DNA of 62,926 nucleotides, counting the filler, from Octopus bimaculoides (Eukaryota): the NCBI RefSeq assembly GCF_001194135.2. It is 6 parts of 5 records of this genome, joined end to end, with 100 filler letters (N's around TTAATTAATTAA, not from the genome) between each part and the next. Parts side by side here need not be neighbours in the genome. Positions count along the whole stretch, not along the records: positions 13,081 to 25,680 come from NC_068989.1; 5 more parts are not named here. The stretch is one strand, 5' to 3'. The number at the start of each line of letters is the position of its first letter. Positions within the stretch are counted from its first letter, which is position 1. This document shows, piece after piece, positions 13,130 to 25,680 of this stretch. A program made the translations under genes and the position numbers. Below the pieces are notes generated by a model. That model ran no database searches. It was not told the DNA's origin and saw only the letters and a list, made by a program, of their open reading frames with translations.

Positions 13130-13580
13130 CACGTGATCGGGCAGACTATCGGATGTTGTTATACAACGCTGGTCACAATACGATTATCACCGTTTTAGCT
13201 TACAAATGTTGGCATTGTCTCTGGTTAGGCGACAATGCCAACATTCTACCCCCCCACTCCACCCCCAAGCGGAAGGTTAGTCCGTTGCAGGGTTCCCATT
13301 TTCGGGCGAGCGGACAGGAGCAGCGTGAAACGCAACGTTTTGCTCAGGAACACACCGCGAAGTACGTCTGGGAAGCGAAATTACGATCTCCCGACCGTGA
13401 GTGCAACACACACAGACAGAGGACGGCTTCCACACAGTTTTCACCTGCCAAATCCACTCACAAGGCTTTTTGTCGGCGTGAGGGTCTAGCAGAGATCACT
13501 TGCGCAAGGTGCCACGCAGTGGGACTGAATCCGAAACCGCCTGATCGCAAAGCGAACTTCTTAACCACACAGCCATACCA
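13130..13580 (-). mobile_element. Adjacent SINE family C (13130-13400) and SINE family A (13420-13580)
   Basis: TCACGTGATCGGGCAGACTATC is the inverted family C tail. CAAATCCACTCACAAGGC...CAAGGTGCCACGCAGTGGGACTGAA...ACCACACAGCCA is inverted family A. Confidence 0.8.
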
Positions 13581-13884
13581 GCGCTTATATATGTAAATTT
13601 AATTAAATAACATGGCTCCATCCCGATGTAATTATTTTAATCTGTGTATAGAATTTCAGTCCAATTCAAGAACCACCTGCAGCCCATTCAGACCTCAATT
13701 GTATCCCGTTCAGACCTCGATTGTTTAGGGATCATATTTCGTATTTAATTGCGTATGTTAGTATATAGACAAATAAGCATGGCCTCAGTTATATCTACTT
13801 GATAAGAGAACTTAAGTTGCATAATGAGTGTGGCCCAAAGTAGATTTACTAAATATTCTCTTGTAATATTTTTCAAAACTCCTT

Positions 13885-13968
13885 TAGGAGTGGCTGTGTG
13901 GTAAGAAGCTTGATTCCCAACCACATGGTTCCAGGTTCAAATCCCACTGCTTGGCACCATGGACAAGT
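13885..13968 (+). mobile_element. SINE family A tRNA-like head
   Basis: AGGAGTGGCTGTGTGG (A-box) and GGTTCAAATCC (B-box), then the start of the core. Confidence 0.8.
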
Positions 13969-14074
13969 TTCATCACGTGGTTAAATAAATCTATTCACCC
14001 CTCGTACCCTCTGACTTTTTATGGTGTTCATACAAATATGGACACACATGGACTTCCACAGAGTTCCTGTCCAC

Positions 14075-14275
14075 CATATTCCTTCACATCCGTTTCATAT
14101 AAATAAACAAGGAAACGTTCTGTTTTTATCATTTTGATTTTGTCTTGACGAGTTCGATAAACGAGCGGAAGCGGTAATAAAGAGGACATTTGTCCAAGGT
14201 GCTGCGCAGTAGGACTGAACCCGAAACCACATGGTTGCAAAGTGCGCTCATTTACCAGCCATGTCATGTCTGCGC
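14075..14275 (-). mobile_element. Degenerate SINE family A
   Basis: CATTTGTCCAAGGTGCTGCGCAGTAGGACTGAACCCGAAACCACATGG. Confidence 0.7.
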
Positions 14276-14685
14276 CTGGATGTCAATCGTACTAAGTACG
14301 TAAGCTACAACAATGTTAACCGCATTTTTACTTATTCCCTTATGTGTTTCTCTTAGAATGTTTATATTTTTGTATATATACATTACAGTGTGTGTTTAAA
14401 AATTATTTTCAAACATATGCGCCGTTGTGTTGGTTTTATTTTATTATTTCTATTTCGAAAAGAATTCAGTTGGAATTCTTTAAAATTTATAACAGGAATC
14501 AATAGGAAAATAGGTTTCGCGTTATGGATTCCCGCAGTTCGAATATATCTCTAGGCACGCAGATTTCGTAAAGTAGAGAACGCCTCTTTTTCTCTTTATA
14601 CTCCTTTGTGTATGCGTGGGTGTTAGTGTGTGATTGACTGTGTGCATATGTGCGTGCATGTCTGTACGCGCGCGCATGTATGTGC

Positions 14686-14742
<57 letters not shown>

Positions 14743-14917
14743 AACGCGTGCACGTGGCTGTGAGGTTAAGAAGTGTAACAATCTCACGTCTGGATCTGCT
14801 GCGAGATATCATGGCCAAGTGTCTTTTGTTATTTCTTCTGATATACTAAAACCTTATAATGAAATTTACGAGAAACTATGTGCGAGATCATAGTATGTAT
14901 GTATGTTTGCATGTATG

Positions 14918-15003
<86 letters not shown>

Positions 15004-16194
15004 CGCGCATTCTTTCATTACTTCACTCTGTTGTTTGTGATTTAAGGTGAGATTTGGTTGCTATATCTAACAATTTAAGAGGCCAGGTAATAGCTCTATA
15101 GCTGACTCATCAGTAATTTTGTAACAGTAACAATGGTGGATCATGACCCGATGACCCCGCCACCTTTCGGACAGAAAACCAGTATTCAATCGCCTGTAAT
15201 TCTCCAGACATGTTTCTGACAGGTAATTAACCTCTAAACCACAGAATATTCTTTCCTCACATGTAAAAATATAGACGTGGAACATTCCATATGAAAATTC
15301 CTTTTTCCATTTTAGTTGTTTACGGTTTTTATAGTTTTTTATTGTCTTTCTCTTCATCGTTTCCCCTCTTTTCTCTTCTTCATTTTCTTCTTTTTTCTTT
15401 TATTTACTTTATATCTTTTCTTTGTTTCAATATTTCTGTAATTTTTTTTGTTCCTCCTGAATATCTATTCTTCCTTTAACCCATTAACGCATAAAGTTTA
15501 ATTTTTATTCTACAATCTATTACAGTTGAATGACACGAACAATAGACAATATAGCTGAAAGATTCATAAAAGGATTATTAATAAAATAGTTCAGATTCAC
15601 GAATAGTTAAAAATAGCACTTACAATTAATAACGACACTTACGTTTGAGACAATTATTTCGCATTGTATAATTTTACGACAGCCCAGTTTTGGGTACATT
15701 GTGAGGCATTAATGGGTGAATGTGGCCATAGCAGTGGACACGTTAAAACGAAGGACGAAGTTCAAATCCCAAATCTCGGAAACGAAGACACAGAGTTTTT
15801 TATTCACATTTTCAGAGGAATAAAGTTCGATGTTTCGAAATTTTAGTCCTTCATCAAGAGATAGAAATACTGCAAAATGTTTGTCAGCAGATATGGAACA
15901 TGGGCCTTCAGAGTTGATAAAATACAGCGAATGTCAGATAATGGCCGATGAAAATGAAAGAATGAAGTTTATTAGCAGAAAAGATCTTTTGTTTAAGGAA
16001 AAAAATTGGTTAGAATATATTTTCTTATGTTAGTGTGTCAGAGTGCGTGCGTGCACGTGTGTATGCGTTTTTTTTAAGAATATGTTTTTTATGTGTAATT
16101 GTGCGTATAAGAACGGATGTAAATTGTGAAGAAAGAGTTTAGAGTTTGACGTAGATAACAGCGGAAAAGGTCACAAACAGCTTGATGATAGGAT

Positions 16195-16345
16195 AAATAA
16201 GTTGTCCCTGTGCACTCAGCGTGTTAGCGGAACTTCACCGACGCATGTGGAGCAGCTGAAGTATCACGGGGTCGTATTCACGAGTGATGGGAGGCAAGAG
16301 GCTGAATTACATGTTGAAATTGCAGTACAGTGATGCACCAGCAAA
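16195..16345 (+). mobile_element. RTE-clade LINE reverse-transcriptase fragment
   Basis: HVEQLKYHGVVFTSDGRQEAELHVEI matches the RTE motif VEKFKYLGVxFTSDG. Confidence 0.65.
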
Positions 16346-16430
16346 ACTGCCCCCAATTCGTCCACTGCTGCCGTTTTTGAAATTCCTGCCCCACGACTCA
16401 CATGATTCAAAAATTTTCTTCAACTCTGGC

Positions 16431-16530
16431 GTCGACTTCGGCGGGATCTGAACTCAGAGCGTGAAGACAGACGAAATAGCGCTAAGCATTTCGCCTGGCG
16501 TGCTAACGATTCTGCTAGCTCGCCTCCTTA
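16431..16530 (-). mobile_element. SINE family B head (tRNA-derived)
   Basis: CGGCGGGATCTGAACTCAGAGCGT...GAAATAGCGCTAAGCATTTCG...GTGCTAACGATTCTGCTAGCTCGCC. Confidence 0.8.
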
Positions 16531-17260
16531 TTTACAGATATAATTTGGCAGCTNNNNNNNNNNNNNNNNNNNNNNNNNNNNNNNNNNNNNNNNNNNNNNN
16601 NNNNNNNNNNNNNNNNNNNNNNNNNNNNNNNNNNNNNNNNNNNNNNNNNNNNNNNNNNNNNNNNNNNNNNNNNNNNNNNNNNNNNNNNNNNNNNNNNNNN
16701 NNNNNNNNNNNNNNNNNNNNNNNNNNNNNNNNNNNNNNNNNNNNNNNNNNNNNNNNNNNNNNNNNNNTAGATAGCCAATCGATTAGGAAGTTTGACAGAC
16801 AGACATAGGGAAGAAGTTAAGATGATAGAGAAATAGTTAAAAAGACATGCAGATTTATTACAATACATTAGTTGTAATGCATATTCTCATAACTTACACA
16901 TACATATATAACACACAACACACACACACACACACATTCAAAAAGAATATTCAGTGTTTGATGATTGTTTTAGAAGTTGTTGCTAAGGCCCTTATCTGTC
17001 TGTGGATGATATTATAACAAAGAGACATGTCTTGTCTTCTTTTACAACTCTTTGGACGGTCTCTAGATAAATATTATCGTTTCATTAAACTAGACTAGAC
17101 TTTTCAAATTAATTATATATTTACATGTATTTCCGCATGTTTACCGATTCACATGCATATGAACACCTACGCATATACACGCATGCACACGCATGTGTAT
17201 AAATATACATATATGTACGAATATGACTGAATATTCCAGTGATTATGTACGTGTATGCAC

Positions 17261-17313
<53 letters not shown>

Positions 17314-18241
17314 CACACGCATATGTGTATGTATACATACACATTATGCATATAGATATTTCTATATGAATATGTGTGTATGTATATATGAAGACAGGCA
17401 GATAAGCTTGAAGCAGACCTGAGGTTGAGAGGGCATGTTGTTGATGAGGTCGCAAATGGCGACAGAAGAACTTTGACAAACCTAGTTGCGACTGAATGAC
17501 TGAACAGTTAAACAATCGATTACTTGACGGGGTAAACGTTAACGAATTGACTTATAATAAAAGAAGTGAAATAGAACCAGTTCCTGTGTTAATTTTAGAC
17601 ACAATACATCCCACCCCGCGAAACAATAAAATCTGTCCCAAGATCTTACCGCGAACCATGTGGCCATATCTTTGCGAAAGAAGCTTCTCACCACACAGTC
17701 ACGCCTGCGCCTATATGTTTATGATTCCAAGAAGTTAGAATCTTGACTTGCGCTGAAGAAAAATAATGGCGCAAAAAGTACCAATTTTCTCAAATTGCAA
17801 AAAATTTGTGCAGACGAGTACTGGGTAGGTTTGTATAGATTGATGGCTACGATAATAAATCTTAAATTTATGTTAGTTTTATAAAGTCAATTGTTCATAA
17901 AACACTCAAGTGATTGTTATTGGAGCGGAGTATACGTTGCAGTTATTGATTTCATGTCTGACTGAAAAAGTTCTTAAGAGTTGATCATATTGTTGTAAGT
18001 CACTGCACAGAAATTCGATATTACACCAAGAACATAACAACGGCAGTTTAATAAAATATTGTGAAATATAAAGGAAAATATGACGACGTGTAGGAAAGGA
18101 ATATCGGAATCAGTAATATGGTTATGAAAAGGGATTCTGAACAGGTATAACGGTTTAAGCCGAACAGGTATAACGGTGCGTTTAAAGCATATAAACAGAT
18201 GGAAAGAAATATAGAATGACAAACATTGATGTACATATTTT

Positions 18242-18340
<99 letters not shown>

Positions 18341-18439
18341 ATGCACGCACACATGCACACGCACATATTCGTGCAAACTGTAGAGCTACTGGTGTGGCTG
18401 TGTGGTAAGAAGTTTGCCTGTTAAGATACTCTGTAGGCG

Positions 18440-18687
18440 CAAAAAGACTGCATATCGAGACAACATGATGCTCCCCCACTACTTCTGCTCATGATCAGAG
18501 ATGTACATATCGTCAGCCACCAAGGAACATGCTCAACTGGTTAATGTCAAACAATTGATAAGCAAATCTGTGGTATTAAACAGAATATTTGCTGTAGCCC
18601 ATCTTTTATACCAAGACAAAACAATGTACGTGATAACACTTCCAATCAATTAAGATCAGAAGCCATGAGAGCCACTGCCTGGTACTG

Positions 18688-18690
<3 letters not shown>
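18440..18690 (+). mobile_element. Unclassified retroposon-like 3' fragment ending in an (ATT)n tail
   Basis: Non-coding block ending GAGAGCCACTGCCTGGTACTGC directly followed by a long (ATT)n. Family not recognised. Confidence 0.35.
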
Positions 18691-18748
<58 letters not shown>

Positions 18749-19047
18749 AGTATTATTAATAATTATTATTATTATAACGATAAAAGACAAAATGACAAAT
18801 GGTCATTGATGTTGTTGCCAAATTACTAATTGATACGTTAAAAGCCCATTTCGATCAGTAGGCATTCAACATTTTCATTGATGCCATCAAAAGATTCATC
18901 AACGAATATACATTCGTCGCCGGGTTATACAGTTGTACTGTGTTTAAGAGCAGCAGCAAAATTCTCAGCTGAATTTAGCTAACATTAATGTTCATAAAAA
19001 CTGTATTTCCAGAGGCCGTCATCCCCAACCCCACCACACACACGCAC

Positions 19048-19081
<34 letters not shown>

Positions 19082-19499
19082 CCACACACACACAAACACA
19101 TGCGTCTATTAGATCGTCGAACTGTTTTGCGGTATATATTCCGGGCCTGAGTTCAAATAACTCATACGTCAACTTTTGCCTTTCTTCTTTCGGGGTGGAT
19201 AAAATAAAGTACCAGTTAGATTTTGGTGTCAACGTAACCCCCTAATTTCTCCCTCTCGCATTTGTTGGCCGTGTATCTGAATCATACTTTTATTTNNNNN
19301 NNNNNNNNNNNNNNNNNNNNNNNNNNNNNNNNNNNNNNNNNNNNNNNNNNNNNNNNNNNNNNNNNNNNNNNNNNNNNNNNNNNNNNNNNNNNNNNNNNNN
19401 NNNNNNNNNNNNNNNNNNNNNNNNNNNNNNNNNNNNNNNNNNNNNNNNNNNNNNNNNNNNNNNNNNNNNNNNNNNNNNNNNNNNNNNNNNNNNNNNNGC

Positions 19500-19665
19500 T
19501 TATGTGCTTTCTCCTTTCTGGTTTTGAGAAGCCTAATTTCTCATGATTGGTATTTAGGCAGTGTGTTACATATCCCAGTTCCCCAATAATTACAGGTATA
19601 AACCTGAACTTGTAATCTGGATAGAGTAACTGCAGATTTCTCAATAGTTCAGCATAGGTGTTCAC
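19500..19665 (-). mobile_element. Restriction-like-endonuclease non-LTR retrotransposon fragment (R4/Dong/NeSL type)
   Basis: YAELLRNLQLLYPDYKFRFIPVIIGELGYVTHCLNTNHEKLG matches the KY..L......P.iiGaLG C-terminal motif. Confidence 0.75.
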
Positions 19666-20628
19666 TATTTCACTGACCTTCAGCTTTATGTTAACATCCG
19701 CTGGGCAACGTATGTATGTATATGTGCAGATTTGTGTTTTGTTTTATGTATGTATGTATGTATGTATGTATGTATGTATGTACATACATGCATACATACA
19801 TACATATATGTGTGTGTTTTTATCTGTATGGTGCATGTGCGTGTGTATGTTTGTACGACTGTACATGTATGCTTTTCCACACACACACAAGCCTATATTA
19901 GTACGTGTATAAGTCTGTGTCTGTGTGTGTTGCGCTCGTATGTGTTAGCGCCAAATTTCACATTTTACCGACACCTCACAACGTACGTTGCGGAATAATA
20001 AAATTAAAAATTAAAAACCGAAAAACAAAAGAAAGAAACCCCAAAAGATCGATGCTCACTTTACTAGATAGCCTGTGTAGTTAAACCATCAAGTTGTCTT
20101 TGAAAATAGTAGCCCGTTCCTCCCCAGAGGAAGAAGACAGGAATTACCTAAAGTATATGGAAACACTTTGGGAAGTGGAAAAAACACACGAACAAAAAAA
20201 TAATAAAAATAGAAAATAATCGATTCTTTAAATGAAGCAAAAAAAAAAAAAACGCAATTAAAAACTTTAACAAAATAAAAGCTCCACTGATTGGCTTGGT
20301 GGCTTAGCTTACACACACATACTCTCACATATGCATACGTATGTCATAGTTTGTTAAGGAAAGAGAAAATGTACTCAATACATTATGTATAGTGTATTAA
20401 AATATTTATTTAAAATTAAGAGTATGGTTGTGATTGGAACTCCACTCTTAGGGATATTTCAGATATTCATGGGGAATGAATGGGGATTCCTGGAATCGAA
20501 ACCATAATCTCAAAACGATTGCTTAACTAGTACCTTAAATAAACGGTTGGCTAGTTAGCTGGTAAGATATTTAACTAATTGGCTCACAATAAAGAAGTAT
20601 AATTGAACCTGTGTATGTGCCATTATTG

Positions 20629-20691
20629 TTATACGCATGTATACATAAGTTATACGCATGTATACATAAGTTATACGCATGTATAAATAAG
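20629..20691. repeat. 21-bp minisatellite x3 (TTATACGCATGTATACATAAG)
   Basis: Three tandem copies with one mismatch in the third. Confidence 0.9.
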
Positions 20692-21193
20692 TATATGTAA
20701 GTTTGTTTGCATGTATGTATATTGCCCTATGTAGCCTACTGTATTAAAACGGCCGAGTATAATCTGAAAGCGATTTGGTTGTTATATCTAGCTGGTCGAG
20801 CGACATGAGGAGGCTTAATCGGTTGCCTTACCAATCCTTCTTGAACACGTAAATTTGAAAGGTGAACTGCACCAAAAAGGTTTCGTCCAAGTACGTCACG
20901 CGAAGTCGAGACATTCTGTTCGTACGGATATCTCTCACATACGAAAAGAATTGTCATTTTATGACTGTTGCAGTATTGTCATTATTATTATCATCATTAT
21001 TACTATCTTTATGCTTATGACGTTATTATTTTATGACGTCCTAATACAAAGTAATCATTCAAGTGTATCCACCTTGTTTTCAAACGCTTTCCACGTACGA
21101 ATAGATATTATTTTATTCATTGATTGATGACTGTCTGTCTGAGTGTGTTACAGAGCGAGGGAGAACGCGAGAGGACGAAAGTGAGAGGGAGAA

Positions 21194-21257
<64 letters not shown>

Positions 21258-21990
21258 NNNNNNNNNNNNNNNNNNNNNNNNNNNNNNNNNNNNNNNNNNN
21301 NNNNNNNNNNNNNNNNNNNNNNNNNNNNNNNNNNNNNNNNNNNNNNNNNNNNNNNNNNNNNNNNNNNNNNNNNNNNNNNNNNNNNNNNNNNNNNNNNNNN
21401 NNNNNNNNNNNNNNNNNNNNNNNNNNNNNNNNNNNNNNNNNNNNNNNNNNNNNNNNNNNNNNNNNNNNNNNNNNNNNNNNNNNNNNNNNNNNNNNNNNNN
21501 NNNNNNNNNNNNNNNNNNNNNNNNNNNNNNNNNNNNNNNNNNNNNNNNNNNNNNNNNNNNNNNNNNNNNNNNNNNNNNNNNNNNNNNNNNNNNNNNNNNN
21601 NNNNNNNNNNNNNNNNNNNNNNNNNNNNNNNNNNNNNNNNNNNNNNNNNNNNNNNNNNNNNNNNNNNNNTATATATATATATATATGTATACTTAAGACT
21701 TAGTTTTGATCTGAACATAACCGCTTCTGACACAGAGAATCGGGAACCCTTTTGGTCATTCTATTTTCCTTGCTGGAAGGGTTCCTAACCCTTGGGCAAA
21801 GAGGGGTTAGATGATGGCGGTGGTGTTTTCAAAGGGCTGGCATGTGTAACCTGATCACCTCTGCCGATCAACCTCCCAACCGATGCGCTCCAGTTGCAAC
21901 ACAACACTGATTCTGCCCAAATTTGACGTCGATGTTACTTAGTTTGATTTGAAATAAAGAACTTCATTAGCTTAATAATCCCAACTTAAT

Positions 21991-22019
21991 CCCGGGCAAA
22001 GCCGGGCTATACTGCTAGT
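21991..22019 (+). mobile_element. Helitron 3' terminus
   Basis: GC hairpin CCCGG-GCAAAG-CCGGG, 8 nt spacer, then CTAG followed by T. Confidence 0.7.
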
Positions 22020-22678
22020 ATATATATATATAAACAAATGAAGGAAAAAACAGTTCCTTCAAAGGGATGTAAAACATCCAATTCACTGGTACAGCAGTTG
22101 AATACCACAGAGAAAAAGGTATAAATTCAAAATACGAATGATAAATGAAATAGAGAAATACAATGGACAATTTATTTGTGTTATAATATAATATAATATA
22201 AGATAATATAAAAATATAATATAATATAATATAAAAATATAGTATAATATATTATATCTATTTTTAAAAACAATTTGTTTCGACTTATATACGTTAGTTG
22301 ATTTATAAGAAATTCCTATCTATGTATACAAACCTCTTCAGGGCCGTGGTTCAAAAAACAGACGAAATTCCATGTAAAGGACTACCAAATTGCTATATAT
22401 GTGTGTGTATGTGTTTGTGTGTATGTGTGTGTGTGTGCAGACCCGGGGAACTGTAACCGCTTGGGCTGTTAGAGAAAGTAAACCATTATGTCTCAAATCA
22501 TGTTCAAACCACTTTAAAAAGTGGGGACATATTGGATAATATCTATTCTTAAAATATCCTCACAAAAAGGAGCGGGTGACCCCGGGTGAAGCACTTTTGG
22601 TTTCTTCGATTTGGTTTATAGAGACGTAAGCATTATGAACGAGAACAACATGAACAATGACAACGCTAACGGCAACGC

Positions 22679-22715
<37 letters not shown>

Positions 22716-22985
22716 GTAACAGCAATATGTTTGGATTCGTGGCATTTTGCGCAAATGGAATGTATTACACAACATACATAATTAAGAAACTTGTTGATAG
22801 ATCGAAAGTCATAAATGGAAGCATGAGATCAACGCCCTTTCTATTCAGCTTTTTTTACGACACTTCAAGCGAACAGTTCGCTCAGCGTCCATAAAAGTGT
22901 CATGGATTCACTGTAGATTCTTCACATCCTAGTTTCATGTGACTCACTCGGGAGATTCTGATACACCCCAAGGACTCTAAAACCG

Positions 22986-23039
<54 letters not shown>

Positions 23040-23559
23040 NNNNNNNNNNNNNNNNNNNNNNNNNNNNNNNNNNNNNNNNNNNNNNNNNNNNNNNNNNNNN
23101 NNNNNNNNNNNNNNNNNNNNNNNNNNNNNNNNNNNNNNNNNNNNNNNNNNNNNNNNNNNNNNNNNNNNNNNNNNNNNNNNNNNNNNNNNNNNNNNNNNNN
23201 NNNNNNNNNNNNNNNNNNNNNNNNNNNNNNNNNNNNNNNNNNNNNNNNNNNNNNNNNNNNNNNNNNNNNNNNNNNNNNNNNNNNNNNNNNNNNNNNNNNN
23301 NNNNNNNNNNNNNNNNNNNNNNNNNNNNNNNNNNNNNNNNNNNNNNNNNNNNNNNNNNNNNNNNNNNNNNNNNNNNNNNNNNNNNNNNNNNNNNNNNNNN
23401 NNNNNNNNNNNNNNNNNNNNNNNNNNNNNNNNNNNNNNNNNNNNNNNNNNNNNNNNNNNNNNNNNNNNNNNNNNNNNNNNNNNNNNNNNNNNNNNNNNNN
23501 NNNNNNNNNNNNNNNNNNNNNNNNNNTATATATATATATATATATATATATAAATGTAT

Positions 23560-23601
<42 letters not shown>

Positions 23602-23729
23602 TTTTTTTTCTTTAATTTCTTTAAATTGTTTCAGCTTTATAGCTGCAGTCATGCTGGGGCACCACCGTCGACTGTGCTATACCATTATTTGAAACCTCCT
23701 CTGAGATGTGGCATTTGCTGAATGAGGGA

Positions 23730-24140
23730 GTTTGATTCTGATGCTCTCATCTGTGTTTCCTGCGGTGAGGTAGACTCCTCGGGAACCCCTGATATCCAGT
23801 CTTGTTTTGAAAACACCTACATCCACACCATACAGGTTTCTCAGGTATTTTGGAAGGATATTGAAGAGTTGTGGGCCTTTGAAACCCAAGCTGTTGCAAC
23901 ATTTGAGGCTGTATTTTGATGGTGATGCTGGGATCTTTGGCACTATGCAGTGGCACCCCGTTCTGCTGTTTGATACAGGGCCTTCTTGGATACCCCAGAT
24001 GTATATCACTGCCTATCTGCATATCTTTCCTGCCTTTGTTCTGGGGAGAAGAGTTTTAACTCTTTCAATCTTTCCCTGTAGCTGATATGTTGCGCTGAAA
24101 CGATTTTCTTTGCATAGCTTTGTTGGATTGCTTCGATTTC
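23730..24140 (-). mobile_element. CR1/L2-group LINE ORF2 C-terminal fragment (pseudogenised)
   Basis: FAKKIVSAQHISYRERLKELKLFSPEQRQERYA, then IYIWGIQEGPVSN...NSLGFKGPQLFNILPKYLRNLYGVDVGVFKTRLD after a frameshift. Confidence 0.85.
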
Positions 24141-24332
24141 TGTCGTTAATTTTGTACTGTGCATGTACCGTACACTCAAAATATTTTAATTATTTTTTTA
24201 TATAATTCCTAATAATATTTAATTATAAAAATATAACGGGATTTTTTTTAAACATTGAATGGCTATGAGGATCCATCTCAGTAAAATCGGCATGGAAGGG
24301 GTCCATCGGTAAAGATGGGTGAGAATCACTGG

Positions 24333-24525
24333 TGTCGAATGAGGCGAAATAGACTGGTCGTGTTAGTTCGCGGTGAAGTCGGAAGGTGTCGGTTGGTTAG
24401 TTCACAAGGAATATTGATTGTTGGTTCGGGAAGAGATTTGTTAGTTCGTTACATTGTTGTTACTTTTTTCTGGTTATGTAATTTATCGTAAGTAACAAAT
24501 TACGTTTCAAAATCTGGCGACGAGG
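24333..24525 (+). mobile_element. Gypsy 5' LTR (~177 bp, TG...CA) with primer-binding site
   Basis: Starts TGTCG at 24333 and ends TTTCA near 24509. TGGCGACGAGG at 24515-24525 is a typical Gypsy PBS, directly upstream of gag. Confidence 0.7.
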
Positions 24526-24582
24526 GTTTCGAAGTTCACGTAGGTTATTTAACAATTTGTTCATGATACAACTTGTTAAATA

Positions 24583-24900
24583 ATGGAAGACCTTTTAGCT
24601 TCCATAGTACAGTTGCAAAAGCAACAAGAGCGGCAACAGGAGTTGCAGAAGCAACTATTACAGCAACAACAACAACAATTATTGGAGCTATATTCAAAGA
24701 AGTCAAAAAATGATGTAAGTTCGTTTTCGCCAGACGGCGTTTCGAACTCGATTAATGAATTCAGTTATAACCCAGAGGAAGGTATCCCTTTTGCATCGTT
24801 CTACAGAAGGTATGAGATTTTCTAAGCAAGATTGCAAATCATGGTCGGACGACCATGAGAAGTCTCTGCCGTGAGGTCTCCTGTGGCGCAGCAGTCCCTT
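24583..24900 (+). pseudogene. Gypsy (Mag-like) gag N-terminus, frameshifted and truncated
   Basis: Q-rich start, then FSYNPEEGIPFASFYRRYEIF (FxYxPExGxxFxxWxxRYE motif), continuing as KQDCKSWSDD after a frameshift near 24822. Confidence 0.8.
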
Positions 24901-25384
24901 CATCTACGGACGATACTACCTGGATAGCAGTCTCGTTGGTCATTACTCATTCACATGAACCTGCTCCGACTTGCTAACAAGACATTCCATCCGCAATACC
25001 TAAATAATTAACACATCGAATGATAGGGAACATATAAAATTATTTAAGACAAGTGTTCTCACTTATTTTCCACCATACCTGGAACCTTCTTCACATTGGA
25101 TTTCGAACTTAAAGTGGACCGTGAAACTGCATGCCGGAGTACATCTATATGTGATTTTACATATACATTGTATATTGATCTCGATCAGTGAATATTGATC
25201 TGTTCATGTGCATATGTATGCAAGTTGTTGGACAGGTTCGTAAATAACTTAACAATTTAAGGCCGGGTGTGCCTTATTGACACAACGTTCTTCCGCAGAA
25301 GACGGGCGTAGTTTATTGATACAGTGCTAAATTCTGAAGAAAGGGTGTGGTGTATAAGCCATTTGATTGATTATCATCTTGTAT

Positions 25385-25451
25385 TCTTTTCTGTTTCTTT
25401 CTGACACCCCGCGAGTTCGCTGCCCTAACCACTGGGCCATTGTGCCTCCAT
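25385..25451 (-). mobile_element. Isolated head of SINE family D
   Basis: Reverse complement reads TGGAGGCACAATGGCCCAGTGGTTAGGGCAGCG, nearly identical to 5026-5058. Confidence 0.75.
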
Positions 25452-25502
25452 ATACATACGTATACATATATATATATATATTCACACACACGCGCTCGCA
25501 CG

Positions 25503-25538
<36 letters not shown>

Positions 25539-25615
25539 GCTCAAACAAAGTCACCTCGGGTTACGCAAGAATAACCATGTTAAAGTATTTCATGATTGGA
25601 AAACGCCTGTACCAC

Positions 25616-25680
<65 letters not shown>

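Noticed and set aside
15930-16000. EF-hand-like DENERMKFISRKDLL
   Set aside because: Loop spacing is off by two residues, there are no splice signals, and it lies beside a repeat relic.
24583-24825. Poly-Q ORF as a host gene
   Set aside because: The PBS and LTR upstream and the FSY.PE.G motif identify it as Gypsy gag.
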